The translations under genes were made by a program, and so were the position numbers. Shown here one piece after another: positions 9,402 through 18,383 of a DNA stretch of 64,000 nucleotides. Positions within the stretch are counted from its first letter, which is position 1; each line of letters starts with the position of its first letter. The notes below the pieces were generated by a model. The model was not told the DNA's origin. It worked only from the letters and a program-made list of their open reading frames with translations, and made no database searches. Source of the DNA: an uncultured delta proteobacterium (GTDB lineage: Bacteria; Desulfobacterota; Syntrophia; Syntrophales; Smithellaceae); contig CAVQAL010000003.1 of assembly GCA_963710575.1 (NCBI GenBank), positions 319,387-383,386 on the forward strand, written 5' to 3'.

Positions 9402-10151
9402 TTAAATTTTCATACCGCCGTCGCAAAATATAATCTGTCCGGTGATAAATGAACTCTCGTCAGAGGCCAGAAAAAGCGCCAGATTGGCAACGTCCAAAGG
9501 CGATCCCTTGCGGTTCAGGGGTACTATGGAAGATAGTGTGGCATCCATTTGCTTAATAAATTCGGGCGGCATATTCTTCATCATATCTGTCCAGATCATA
9601 CCCGGAGCAATGGCATTGACATTAACACCCTTTGGCCCCATTTCCTTGGCAACTGTTTTGGTCATGCCGATAACTCCGGCCTTGGAGGCGGCATAGTTAA
9701 TCTGCCCGACATTGCCTAAAGCACTGGTTGACGAAATGTTGATGATTTTTCCGTAGCCTTTCTCCCGCATAACCCTGCCCGCGCACTGCATCCCGTAAAA
9801 CACGCCGGTCAGATTGACTGCGATAACCTGATCCCACTGCTCATCGGTCATCTTATGCATGATTACGTCACGGGTAATGCCCGCGTTGTTGACAATAATG
9901 TCAACTGTACCAAATTCTTTAATGGCCGTATTAACCATTTTCTGTACCACTTCCCGTGAGGCCACCGAGCCGACAACGGCCACAGCCTTGCCGCCATTGG
10001 CTTTGATCTTTTCCACAACGCTTTTTGCGTCCGCCTCATTAACATCATTCACGATCAATTTTGCACCTTCTTCGGCAAAGCGCAAAACGATGCCTTCGCC
10101 AATACCACGTCCTGATCCTGTTACAATTGCCACTTTGTCTTTCAATCTCAT
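9402..10151 (-). CDS. fabG: 3-oxoacyl-(ACP/CoA) reductase, SDR family
   Basis: TGSGRGIG, NNAGITRD, YAASK, NAIAPG. Confidence 0.85.
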   Translation of the reverse strand: MRLKDKVAIVTGSGRGIGEGIVLRFAEEGAKLIVNDVNEADAKSVVEKIKANGGKAVAVVGSVASREVVQKMVNTAIKEFGTVDIIVNNAGITRDVIMHKMTDEQWDQVIAVNLTGVFYGMQCAGRVMREKGYGKIINISSTSALGNVGQINYAASKAGVIGMTKTVAKEMGPKGVNVNAIAPGMIWTDMMKNMPPEFIKQMDATLSSIVPLNRKGSPLDVANLALFLASDESSFITGQIIFCDGGMKI

Positions 10152-10290
10152 TGGTAAAAATCTCCTTAGAATATTTTAATTATCTATCTTCAATTCCAAA
10201 TTCCGTATAATAATAAATTCCCAAGGCTGATAATTGTCAGCGACTGGATTTAATTTTTTCAATACGCCGCGTAATTCGATTGCGTACATA

Positions 10291-10306
10291 AGCATTACGC
10301 ATGCCA
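10291..10306 (-). promoter_or_regulatory. sigma54 -24/-12 promoter for fabG-maoC
   Basis: Minus strand TGGCATGCGTAATGCT = GG-N10-GC. Confidence 0.8.
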
Positions 10307-10463
10307 AAGTAAAAAAGATGAAATATCGATCCATGATATTATAAAGGAATGGTATCTGATATTGTTGAATAGATTGATTAAATATTGATTTTATTTGTAT
10401 TGATGCATCAATATTTTATTCATATTTACAATTGGAAAATTGTTATATTAACAAATAGATTGA

Positions 10464-12503
10464 TCAGTTTATGAGCCCTTTTGCTTTTTTGTATAATTTT
10501 TGAGCATTTTCCAGTTTTTCATTATTCTGGATTTTTTTATATAATGTATTTCTTGCCATACCTAATTTCTTTGCTGCTCGGGATAAGTTTCCTCCTTCCT
10601 TTTGCAAAACGATATTAATCGCTATATCTTCCGCAGTTTTCATTATGTCAATTTGGTCATCATTATTACTTATTAATTTCTCATGAATATTCTTCACATC
10701 GTTTTCATTATTTTGCTTATTTAAAAAAAATCCTTCCGGCAAATGTTCAACACCAATTCCGCTTTCTATATCAGATATCAATAGGGCTCGTTCAATTATA
10801 TTTTTCAACTCCCTTATGTTTCCCGGCCAAGAATGATTTAATAAAGCCCGATAAAATTCAGGTGTAACATTTAAGCTGCTTAAACCAAACTTTTCCCCAT
10901 AATAATTAAAATAATGTTTTGCCAAAACAGGGATATCTGATTTCATTTGATTTAAGGCAGGTAATTTTAAAGTAACAATGTTAATACGATAATATAGATC
11001 TTCCCGAAAATTGCCCTTATTGATTTCCTGTAATAAATCTTTTTTTGTAGCCGAGATTAAACGAAAATCAGTGGGAATTTCTTCAACTCCCCCAACCCTG
11101 ACAATATGATTGCTCGATAGAGCTCTTAACAATTTTATTTGAACGTTTAAGGGCATGCTTTCAACCTCATCCAAAAAAAGAGTCCCCCCCGAAGCTATCT
11201 CTAACTTACCGAGCTTACCGCCTTTTAGTGCTCCCGTGAAAGAACCAGGTTCATATCCAAATAACTCACTTTCGATGATTTCTGACGAAATTGCGCCACA
11301 ATTAATTGCTACAAAATGTTTGTCCTTTCTTTGACTGGCAGCATGTATCGATTGGGCAAACATTTCTTTGCCTGTTCCACTTTCGCCATAGATAAGCACA
11401 GATGAACCAGACATAGCAATTTTTTTTGCTAGGGATTTTGCTTTTATCAATTCAGGATTATTACCAATGATATCATCAAATTTATATATCGTTTTGGCGC
11501 TATTCAATTTAGAGCCTATTTTTTGTATAATGCTTACATCCGCAAAGAAACATGCTAATCCATTTTTTTCATTAAGAAGGCGTGTTGAAACAAGAAAAGA
11601 TTTGACTTTCTTATTCTCAATTTTAATTTCTATTTCTTCATTATTCATTTCTTGAATATTCTTATTGCCAGTAATTACTTTAAGATATTGATCCAGCTTT
11701 TTAATGATTAAAGGCCTATCACTGCTAGGATCAATTCCAAAATACTGAAGAGCTTTTTGGTTATAACGTTCTATTCTTTTATCAAGCATATTTATATAAA
11801 CTACGCCTTCGGTCATGTAATCCATCATTACACCCAAATTTCCCATCGTAGCGCTTACAGCTAATTCATTTTCTATCGCCTGCCCAATGCTTGTAACCAA
11901 TCCCAATGTTTCACGTGTTTGTTCGGCTATAACACTAGCAATGTTTATAGCGCCAATGATTTCGCCATAGGCATTATGGATAACTGTACATGAACAGTTT
12001 ACGTCATGATGTGGTTCATTATAATGCTCAGCGCCAAGGAGTTGAACAGGCTTATTGTGCATCAAAGCCAAACATACTGCATTTGTACCTGCTGTTTTTT
12101 CCGATCTGTTGCTGCCGACACAAAATCCTATTTCATCATCTTTTGGATTTACATCTTTATCGTCAGTCAACTTTAAGCAATAACCATCCGCATCAAAAAG
12201 TGATATGCGCAAGCCATTGCCGGTAATAATTTCATCCATCATTTTCATATACTTTCCTGACACATTAATAAGTTCGTACGAAGCTTTTTCCCTTTTTGAA
12301 ATCTCTTCTTGATTTGGTAAATCAACATCGATTTTTCCATATTCACTAACTTTATATTGTTTGCTTCTCTGCCAGGATTCATAAACCTCTTTCGAAATTA
12401 TTTCTCTGTCAACTTTTTTATTGTTGACGAACTTTTCCCATTCATTTTTTATTTTAATAGCCTTCTCATTCATTAATTTTTTATATTGATTATCCATATT
12501 CAT
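10464..12503 (-). CDS. sigma54-dependent enhancer-binding protein (AcoR-like, GAF-PAS-AAA+-HTH)
   Basis: GESGTGKE, ESELFGYEPGSFTGA, LFLDEV, FREDLYYR, WPGNIRELKN, Fis HTH; start moved to MNMDNQ by RBS. Confidence 0.92.
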   Translation of the reverse strand: MNMDNQYKKLMNEKAIKIKNEWEKFVNNKKVDREIISKEVYESWQRSKQYKVSEYGKIDVDLPNQEEISKREKASYELINVSGKYMKMMDEIITGNGLRISLFDADGYCLKLTDDKDVNPKDDEIGFCVGSNRSEKTAGTNAVCLALMHNKPVQLLGAEHYNEPHHDVNCSCTVIHNAYGEIIGAINIASVIAEQTRETLGLVTSIGQAIENELAVSATMGNLGVMMDYMTEGVVYINMLDKRIERYNQKALQYFGIDPSSDRPLIIKKLDQYLKVITGNKNIQEMNNEEIEIKIENKKVKSFLVSTRLLNEKNGLACFFADVSIIQKIGSKLNSAKTIYKFDDIIGNNPELIKAKSLAKKIAMSGSSVLIYGESGTGKEMFAQSIHAASQRKDKHFVAINCGAISSEIIESELFGYEPGSFTGALKGGKLGKLEIASGGTLFLDEVESMPLNVQIKLLRALSSNHIVRVGGVEEIPTDFRLISATKKDLLQEINKGNFREDLYYRINIVTLKLPALNQMKSDIPVLAKHYFNYYGEKFGLSSLNVTPEFYRALLNHSWPGNIRELKNIIERALLISDIESGIGVEHLPEGFFLNKQNNENDVKNIHEKLISNNDDQIDIMKTAEDIAINIVLQKEGGNLSRAAKKLGMARNTLYKKIQNNEKLENAQKLYKKAKGLIN

Positions 12504-12626
12504 ATCCCTTTTCCGAGGCAAGATTAATAAATAACAAACGCTCTCGTAAAGTACATTAGAGCGAAAATTCCATAACAATGCAAGCGGAAAAATGCTCAAA
12601 ATTTAAGCAAAATAACAAAAATGCTC

Positions 12627-12644
12627 ATAGATTGATCAATCTAT
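12627..12644. promoter_or_regulatory. 18-bp perfect palindrome, candidate upstream activator site
   Basis: atagattgatcaatctat; partial copies at about 8426 and 10455. Confidence 0.6.
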
Positions 12645-12684
12645 TTGTTAATATAACAATTCTCCAATTGAAAATATGAACAAT

Positions 12685-12702
12685 ATATTGATGCATCAAT
12701 AT
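12685..12702. promoter_or_regulatory. 18-bp perfect palindrome, candidate upstream activator site
   Basis: atattgatgcatcaatat; near copies at about 8368 and 10398. Confidence 0.6.
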
Positions 12703-12792
12703 TTTTTAAGATCAATATTTAATCAATCTATTCAATACTATTGATACTATTCCTTTGGAATATCATCGCTCGATACTTCATCTTTTTTACCA

Positions 12793-12808
12793 TGGCATGC
12801 GTCTTGCT
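12793..12808 (+). promoter_or_regulatory. sigma54 -24/-12 promoter for the porin gene
   Basis: TGGCATGCGTCTTGCT = GG-N10-GC. Confidence 0.85.
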
Positions 12809-12871
12809 CTTTGGTACGATCAATATACTGCAGCGTATAATAGTTCATATCAAAACAAGGAGGAACAAATA

Positions 12872-14233
12872 ATGAAGAGATTTTGGTCAGTAATGCTATC
12901 GCTAGGTTTAGTCCTAGCTTTTAGCGCGTCGGCTATGGCAGTCGATGTAAAAGTTAGCGGCGAATTTTACGTCGGTGGATTGTATTTAGATAAAACTAAT
13001 TTAACGAAAGATGTGGAACCTAACCCGAGTACCGCATTCTATTATCAGAGGTTAAGGGTCGAGACTGATTTTATCGTAGCTCCTGGTCTGAAGCTGGTCA
13101 CCCGCTTTGACACCATGGACAGAATCTGGGGCGGTGCGAGATCTGCACCCGGAACACCTGATTCACAATCTATAGCAACACGGGCTGAAGTTGAAAACAT
13201 CGCTTTCGATTGGGCCTACATTAATTATGACTCACCTATCGGTACATTCATGGTAGGCTATGGGCCCGATAGGTTCTGGGGAACCGCTTTCGGCGATAGC
13301 ATCAACGGCCATGCCACCGGTCAAATAGCCTATTTTAAGCCTGTAGGTGATTTCTTTTTTGGCGCTCTCGTTTACAAAGAAGGTGATAACAGTAAATCTG
13401 CTGTAACTACAGGAACAACAACCACCGATCAAGACGCCGATAAGTACGTTGTATTTGTAGATTATACTGTCAACAAGAACATCAAAACCGGTTTACTTGC
13501 ATGCTACTATCGTGACGCTTCGGGTAGAAACTTCAGCAGTTGGTACAATGGCGTTCTTGGCCCCAATACACCAGCCTATGGCACCATGTCAGCGTACTAT
13601 TTATGGCCTTATTTCAAAGCCAAATTCGGCCCTGTAGCTTTAGAAGGAGAACTCGAATACGCTTGGGGTTCGATTACTTCTGAAACTACCGGTGACCCTA
13701 ATGTGAATGTCCAAGACTTGGATATTTACCTTGCGGCAAATGTCACTTTAGGCATGTATTATTTTGGTGGCCAATTCGCCTATCTCCAGGGCGATGATCC
13801 CAATTCTAAAACACGCTCGGGCGGCATTACCGGTCAAAACGGTGGTACGGATTGGAATCCAACCTTGATTATGTTCAATCAGGATCTTACCTACTATGCG
13901 GGCCCAATTGGTGGCTATGACAATACTGCTAATGCCAGTGTGATGACCAATGCTTGGTTCTTCCAGGGCAAAGTTGGCTTACATCCTATTCCAGCATTGG
14001 ATATCAATGCATCTCTTTCTTTCGCCCAAGCAGATCAGAAACCAGTAGGTGTTCTCAACAGTGCATACGGCTGGGAAGTTGACGTTACCGGTACTTACAA
14101 AATCACCAATAACCTTTCTTATATGCTGGGTGCCGGTTACTGGTTCGTTGGTGACTATTACAAAGGCGATAACAATAACAACCAGCTCAGAGATGAGTAC
14201 ATGCTAATCAACAAGCTTACTTTGACCTTCTAA
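12872..14233 (+). CDS. Outer-membrane beta-barrel porin (deltaproteobacterial type)
   Basis: Signal peptide MKRFWSVMLSLGLVLAFSASAMA, alternating beta-strands, C-terminal ...LTLTF; GGAGG RBS. Confidence 0.8.
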   Translation: MKRFWSVMLSLGLVLAFSASAMAVDVKVSGEFYVGGLYLDKTNLTKDVEPNPSTAFYYQRLRVETDFIVAPGLKLVTRFDTMDRIWGGARSAPGTPDSQSIATRAEVENIAFDWAYINYDSPIGTFMVGYGPDRFWGTAFGDSINGHATGQIAYFKPVGDFFFGALVYKEGDNSKSAVTTGTTTTDQDADKYVVFVDYTVNKNIKTGLLACYYRDASGRNFSSWYNGVLGPNTPAYGTMSAYYLWPYFKAKFGPVALEGELEYAWGSITSETTGDPNVNVQDLDIYLAANVTLGMYYFGGQFAYLQGDDPNSKTRSGGITGQNGGTDWNPTLIMFNQDLTYYAGPIGGYDNTANASVMTNAWFFQGKVGLHPIPALDINASLSFAQADQKPVGVLNSAYGWEVDVTGTYKITNNLSYMLGAGYWFVGDYYKGDNNNNQLRDEYMLINKLTLTF

Positions 14234-14262
14234 TAACAAAAGAGTTAATTGTTATTTTTACA

Positions 14263-14297
14263 CCCCGGGGGGGCGGGTAACCTCCCGGGGATTTTTA
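14263..14297 (+). terminator. Intrinsic terminator after porin
   Basis: ccccgggggg-loop-cctcccgggg followed by attttt. Confidence 0.7.
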
Positions 14298-14584
14298 TGT
14301 AATGTTGATGATTTAATTATAACCACTGGCTAAAAATTAAGCACTATCTTAAATGGAAAGGAACTATTTTAGAGACGGTAAAACATACCGCAAATTGATA
14401 AAAATAAAAGTCGGCAAAGGGATTGTGGAGATTTCTGTTCTGATTTTTTTGTGGAGAAAAATATTTTTTTTCAAATAAGAGCGTTTTAATTTATTACAAA
14501 GTATTTTGAAACGCCATTTCCTTAAAAAGAAATCCTGTAAATACTTTTAGGTTATCATATAGACAGATAATAAGAATGAGGTGA

Positions 14585-14887
14585 ATGATGAAAAGAACAT
14601 TGATAATATTTTTAGCCGTTATTTTCCTGTTTTCTTTTTCGGGGCTGGTTTGTGCCACAGAAAGAATTGTCCAATTAACCATACCCGGCTGTTCCTCCTG
14701 TGGTGGCACCTTCGGCATGGTAGGTTCTATCCTGAAAAAAAGTAACGGCATAAAGCAATACGAGTATAAAGGTAATGACCTAGTGAATATTACTTTTGAT
14801 GACGAAAGGACTACCCTCAACATTATTCTGGATGAACTGAAAAAAGGGGAGATTAAATTAACGGGCGATCCGGTGTATATAAAGTAA
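14585..14887 (+). CDS. Exported heavy-metal-associated (HMA)-like domain protein
   Basis: Signal peptide, IPGCSSC motif, VNITFDDERTTLNIILDELKK typical of the HMA fold. Confidence 0.65.
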   Translation: MMKRTLIIFLAVIFLFSFSGLVCATERIVQLTIPGCSSCGGTFGMVGSILKKSNGIKQYEYKGNDLVNITFDDERTTLNIILDELKKGEIKLTGDPVYIK

Positions 14888-14952
14888 TACCTCTTCTAGA
14901 GGAAACATCTACCATACTGGCAAATATTCTCGGTAAGGAGAGGTTTATTTTA

Positions 14953-15219
14953 TTATGCGCTCCCCTCCCTTCGGTGTACGTTAACGTTCAAAGCGCTATC
15001 TTTGATTTCAAAGTGGTACAAGCCGACGGCTCTCTTCTTTTTTGCCGCTTCCAACGTATCAACCACTTTCCTTACATCTTGTGAGCAACCTTTTTTACAA
15101 ATCAGCAAGGTGTCTTTGGTCTCTACTATTATTAAATCCTTTAATCCGACAACAGCGACAAGCTTTTTCGGACTGTAAGCAAGAGTACCTTCAGTATCTG
15201 TAAAGATTGCGCTCCCACT
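14953..15219 (-). pseudogene. 3' fragment of mannose-1-phosphate guanylyltransferase (ManC-like)
   Basis: Manual translation ...AYSPKKLVAVVGLKDLIIVETKDTLLICKKGCSQDVRKVVDTLE...; in-frame TAG directly upstream and no start codon. Confidence 0.7.
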
Positions 15220-15536
15220 CTAATTACACATAATCAAGCTAAGTATATTTATCGTCTGTGATGAATTGTGTTTATTACGGATTGAAGTCTAGCATTTTGT
15301 TGAAATTAGCGTTTTGTTTCTGACAGGAAGAAGTAAATGCCCTCGCATTTATAAAAATCACGTACCTAAATATCACTATTTCATTCTGAAATCAATAAAA
15401 TGGGGAGTGTGTTTTATTCTATCTTAGTATTTGAAGACTCGATTTTCATAAAGACAATATGTTGTCAACTGAAGTAATAATTTTGCATCGTCTTTGCAGT
15501 TGATGTCAAGAAAACTCTGTCCACCGACAGTTAATT

Positions 15537-16769
15537 TTATACTGTTGTTTTCTTAAATGGCAATACTTTGGCTCCTACTTTTAATCCATCAAGATAATCA
15601 GCCCAAGTCTGCATCATCTTCCGTCTTTCGTTCAGGTGTTGAGTTCTGTTATAACTTCGGCCTAGTGGGTCGCTGACGCGGTGTGCTAATTGTGCTTCAA
15701 TAAAATCCGGTCTTATTTGTAAGACTTCATCAATGATTGTCCGTGCCATTGCTCGGAATCCATGGGGTGTCATTTCGTCTTTTGTATATCCCATGCGGCG
15801 CAGTGCGGCTAAAATGGCATTATTTGACATTGGCCGGTCATAAGTTCTACCGGAAGGAAAAGCATATTGACTTGTGCCTGTCAGTTTTTGAAGTTCTTCT
15901 AGAATTTTTCTTGCTTGCTTTGATAATGGTACAAGATGCGGTTCTCTCATTTTCATTTTCTCTGCCGGAATACTCCATAGAGCATTTTCAAAATCAACTT
16001 CTTTCCATTCCATGTGTCGCAATTCGCCGGGACGGACAAAAACAAGTGGTGATAACTGCAAAGCTAATTTTACAACATAACTACCAACGTAACCGTCAAT
16101 TGCTAGAAGTAATTCTCGCACTTCTTTAGGTTCGGTTATGGCGGCCAAGTGTTTTTCTTTTGCCGGTGGTAATGAACCGATTAAATCTTGTGCCGGATTT
16201 CTTTCAGCACGTCCGGTGGATATTGCATAACGGAAAATCATATTGCATATTCCTCTCACACGGTGCGCTCCTTCCAATACGCCCCTTGATTCGACACGTC
16301 TTAACACTGTCAAAAGTTCAGGTGCTTTGATTTCTTTAATCGGACGTGAGCCAATCCATGGAAAAACGTCACGTTCTAAACATCGCATTAATTTATCCGC
16401 GTGACCTTCCGTCCATGTTGATTTAAATTTTTCGTGCCATTCTCTGGCTATAACTTCGACGGTTTCAGTGTCTTCAACTTTTGCCTGTTTCTGCGCTTTG
16501 CGGATTGCACCGGGATCAACGTTGTTTGCCAGCAGTCTTCTAGCATCCTCACGCCGTTGTCGTGCATCTAGGAGGCTTATTTCCGGATATGTACCAAAAG
16601 CGAGAAGTTTTTGTTTGCCGTCATATCGGTATTTGAAACGCCATAGCTTCCCACCGCTGGGCGTGACCATAAGGAATAAACCACCGCCATCAAATAGCGT
16701 GACATTCTTACCTTTTGATTTTGCTTTTTGAATCTTCATGTCGGACAAAGGAATAATTCGCTTAGGCAT
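15537..16769 (-). mobile_element. P4-like tyrosine integrase with N-terminal arm-binding domain
   Basis: LFDGGGLFLMV..GGKLWRFKYR; catalytic R (RPGEL), HGFR, HR..Y; lies next to a tRNA 3' end. Confidence 0.93.
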
Positions 16770-16787
16770 TAGCATCCTCCTTTTTTT

Positions 16788-16847
16788 GGTGTATATTAAA
16801 ATTATGGGTGTATATTAAAAGCTCGTATATACCCAAAATGGGTGTAT
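16788..16847. repeat. Integrase arm-type binding repeats
   Basis: ggtgtatattaaaa twice (16788, 16807), inverted tatataccc, third gggtgtat. Confidence 0.65.
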
Positions 16848-16947
16848 TCTGTAAAACCTTATAACACGTCTTTGGATAATAGACAATAGAAAAGACGCTA
16901 TTTCTAGCGCCTTTATGAACTTTATTGGATTATTTTGGATTAGGTTT

Positions 16948-17023
16948 TGGTGGAGATGAGGGGGATCGAACCCCTGGCCTCGGCGTTGCGAACGCCGCGC
17001 TCTCCCAGCTGAGCTACATCCCC
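16948..17023 (-). tRNA. tRNA-Ala (anticodon CGC)
   Basis: GGGGATGTAGCTCAGCTGGGAGAGC...cggcg TT CGC AA cgccg...TTCGATCC...CCACCA, 76 nt. Confidence 0.97.
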
Positions 17024-17281
17024 AATATTCCCAATTTCCATAGGGGAAAAACGTAGGAGAGCATATATTATTGCTTGTCTTAGTGTCAAGAAATTGTTAA
17101 TATGACTCTTGAGTTGGCAAACTTATTGATTTTTTCTATATTCACAAGTAATTTTTTATAAATGGAAAACTGGTAAAAAATATCTATGCGGTCATAAAAT
17201 TTGCACCCGTTAAATTATTTTATTCTTTTCTCGCAAGAAAAATGATAGAAGATAATCAATTCCCAACGAGGAGAAAAATAC

Positions 17282-18364
17282 ATGGCGAAAATTGATGCTT
17301 TTTTTCATCTTATGCATGAGCAGGGTGCATCAGATCTGCATCTTGTTTCCGGTCAACAACCGGCTCTTAGAATCCGCGGTGACATTGAGCGGATTAAATA
17401 TGACATTCTCACCACTGATTCTTTAAAAGTACTTCTCTACGAAATCACGCCGGAATTTAAAATTAAACTTTTTGAAGAAACAGGCGACGTTGATTTTGCT
17501 TATGAAGTCCCTTCACTCGCACGCTACCGCGTCAATTATTTCCGGCAAAAAAACGGTATAGGTGCCGTATTTCGCGAAATACCCGATAGAATTTCATCTT
17601 GTGCAGAACTGGGACTCCCTAGCGTGATATCAAAATTAGCTGCTCTTCCGCGTGGTCTTGTGCTGGTCACCGGCCCTACGGGCTGCGGCAAGTCCACAAC
17701 ACTGGCGGCCCTTATTGATGAAGCTAACCGCCTGCGCAAGGACCATGTCATTACAATTGAGGATCCTATTGAATTTGTTCACAAGAGTCAAGGTTGTATT
17801 GTGAACCAACGGGAAGTGGGACTCCATACTAAATCTTTTGCGACAGCACTGCGTGGAGCCTTGCGTGAAGATCCGGACATTATTCTAGTTGGTGAAATGC
17901 GCGATCTCGAAACTATTTCGCTCGCTGTGGAAGCCGCATCCACCGGCCATCTGGTTTTTTCCACTGTCCATACAACCAGTGCGGCGAAAACAGTTGATCG
18001 AATAATCGAGGTTTTCCCGTCAACCGAACAATTGCAAATCCGCTCTACACTAGCCGATGGGTTGCGCGCGGTTGTTTCACAGGTTCTGTTCAAGAGAGTG
18101 GACATCAAAAGCCGCTGTGTTGCTCTGGAGATTTGCATTGCCACCCCCGCCGTGCGTAATTTGATCCGCGAATCTAAAACCTATCAAATTCCTTCCATGA
18201 TGCAAACGGGTAAAAAATACGGAATGCAACTTTTGGACGACGGAATTATGGATCTTTACAGCCGCGGTTGGATCAGCGCTGACGAGGCTTACATCAAAGC
18301 GAACGATAAAGCCAGATTCCGTCCGCTTTTGAAACATCCACCAACAGACTTTACCGAAGCATAA
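17282..18364 (+). CDS. pilT: Type IV pilus retraction ATPase PilT
   Basis: GASDLHL, GPTGCGKSTT, TIEDPIE, ALREDPD, GEMRD, TGHLV. Confidence 0.93.
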   Translation: MAKIDAFFHLMHEQGASDLHLVSGQQPALRIRGDIERIKYDILTTDSLKVLLYEITPEFKIKLFEETGDVDFAYEVPSLARYRVNYFRQKNGIGAVFREIPDRISSCAELGLPSVISKLAALPRGLVLVTGPTGCGKSTTLAALIDEANRLRKDHVITIEDPIEFVHKSQGCIVNQREVGLHTKSFATALRGALREDPDIILVGEMRDLETISLAVEAASTGHLVFSTVHTTSAAKTVDRIIEVFPSTEQLQIRSTLADGLRAVVSQVLFKRVDIKSRCVALEICIATPAVRNLIRESKTYQIPSMMQTGKKYGMQLLDDGIMDLYSRGWISADEAYIKANDKARFRPLLKHPPTDFTEA

Positions 18365-18383
18365 ATTATTATTAGAATAGCTT

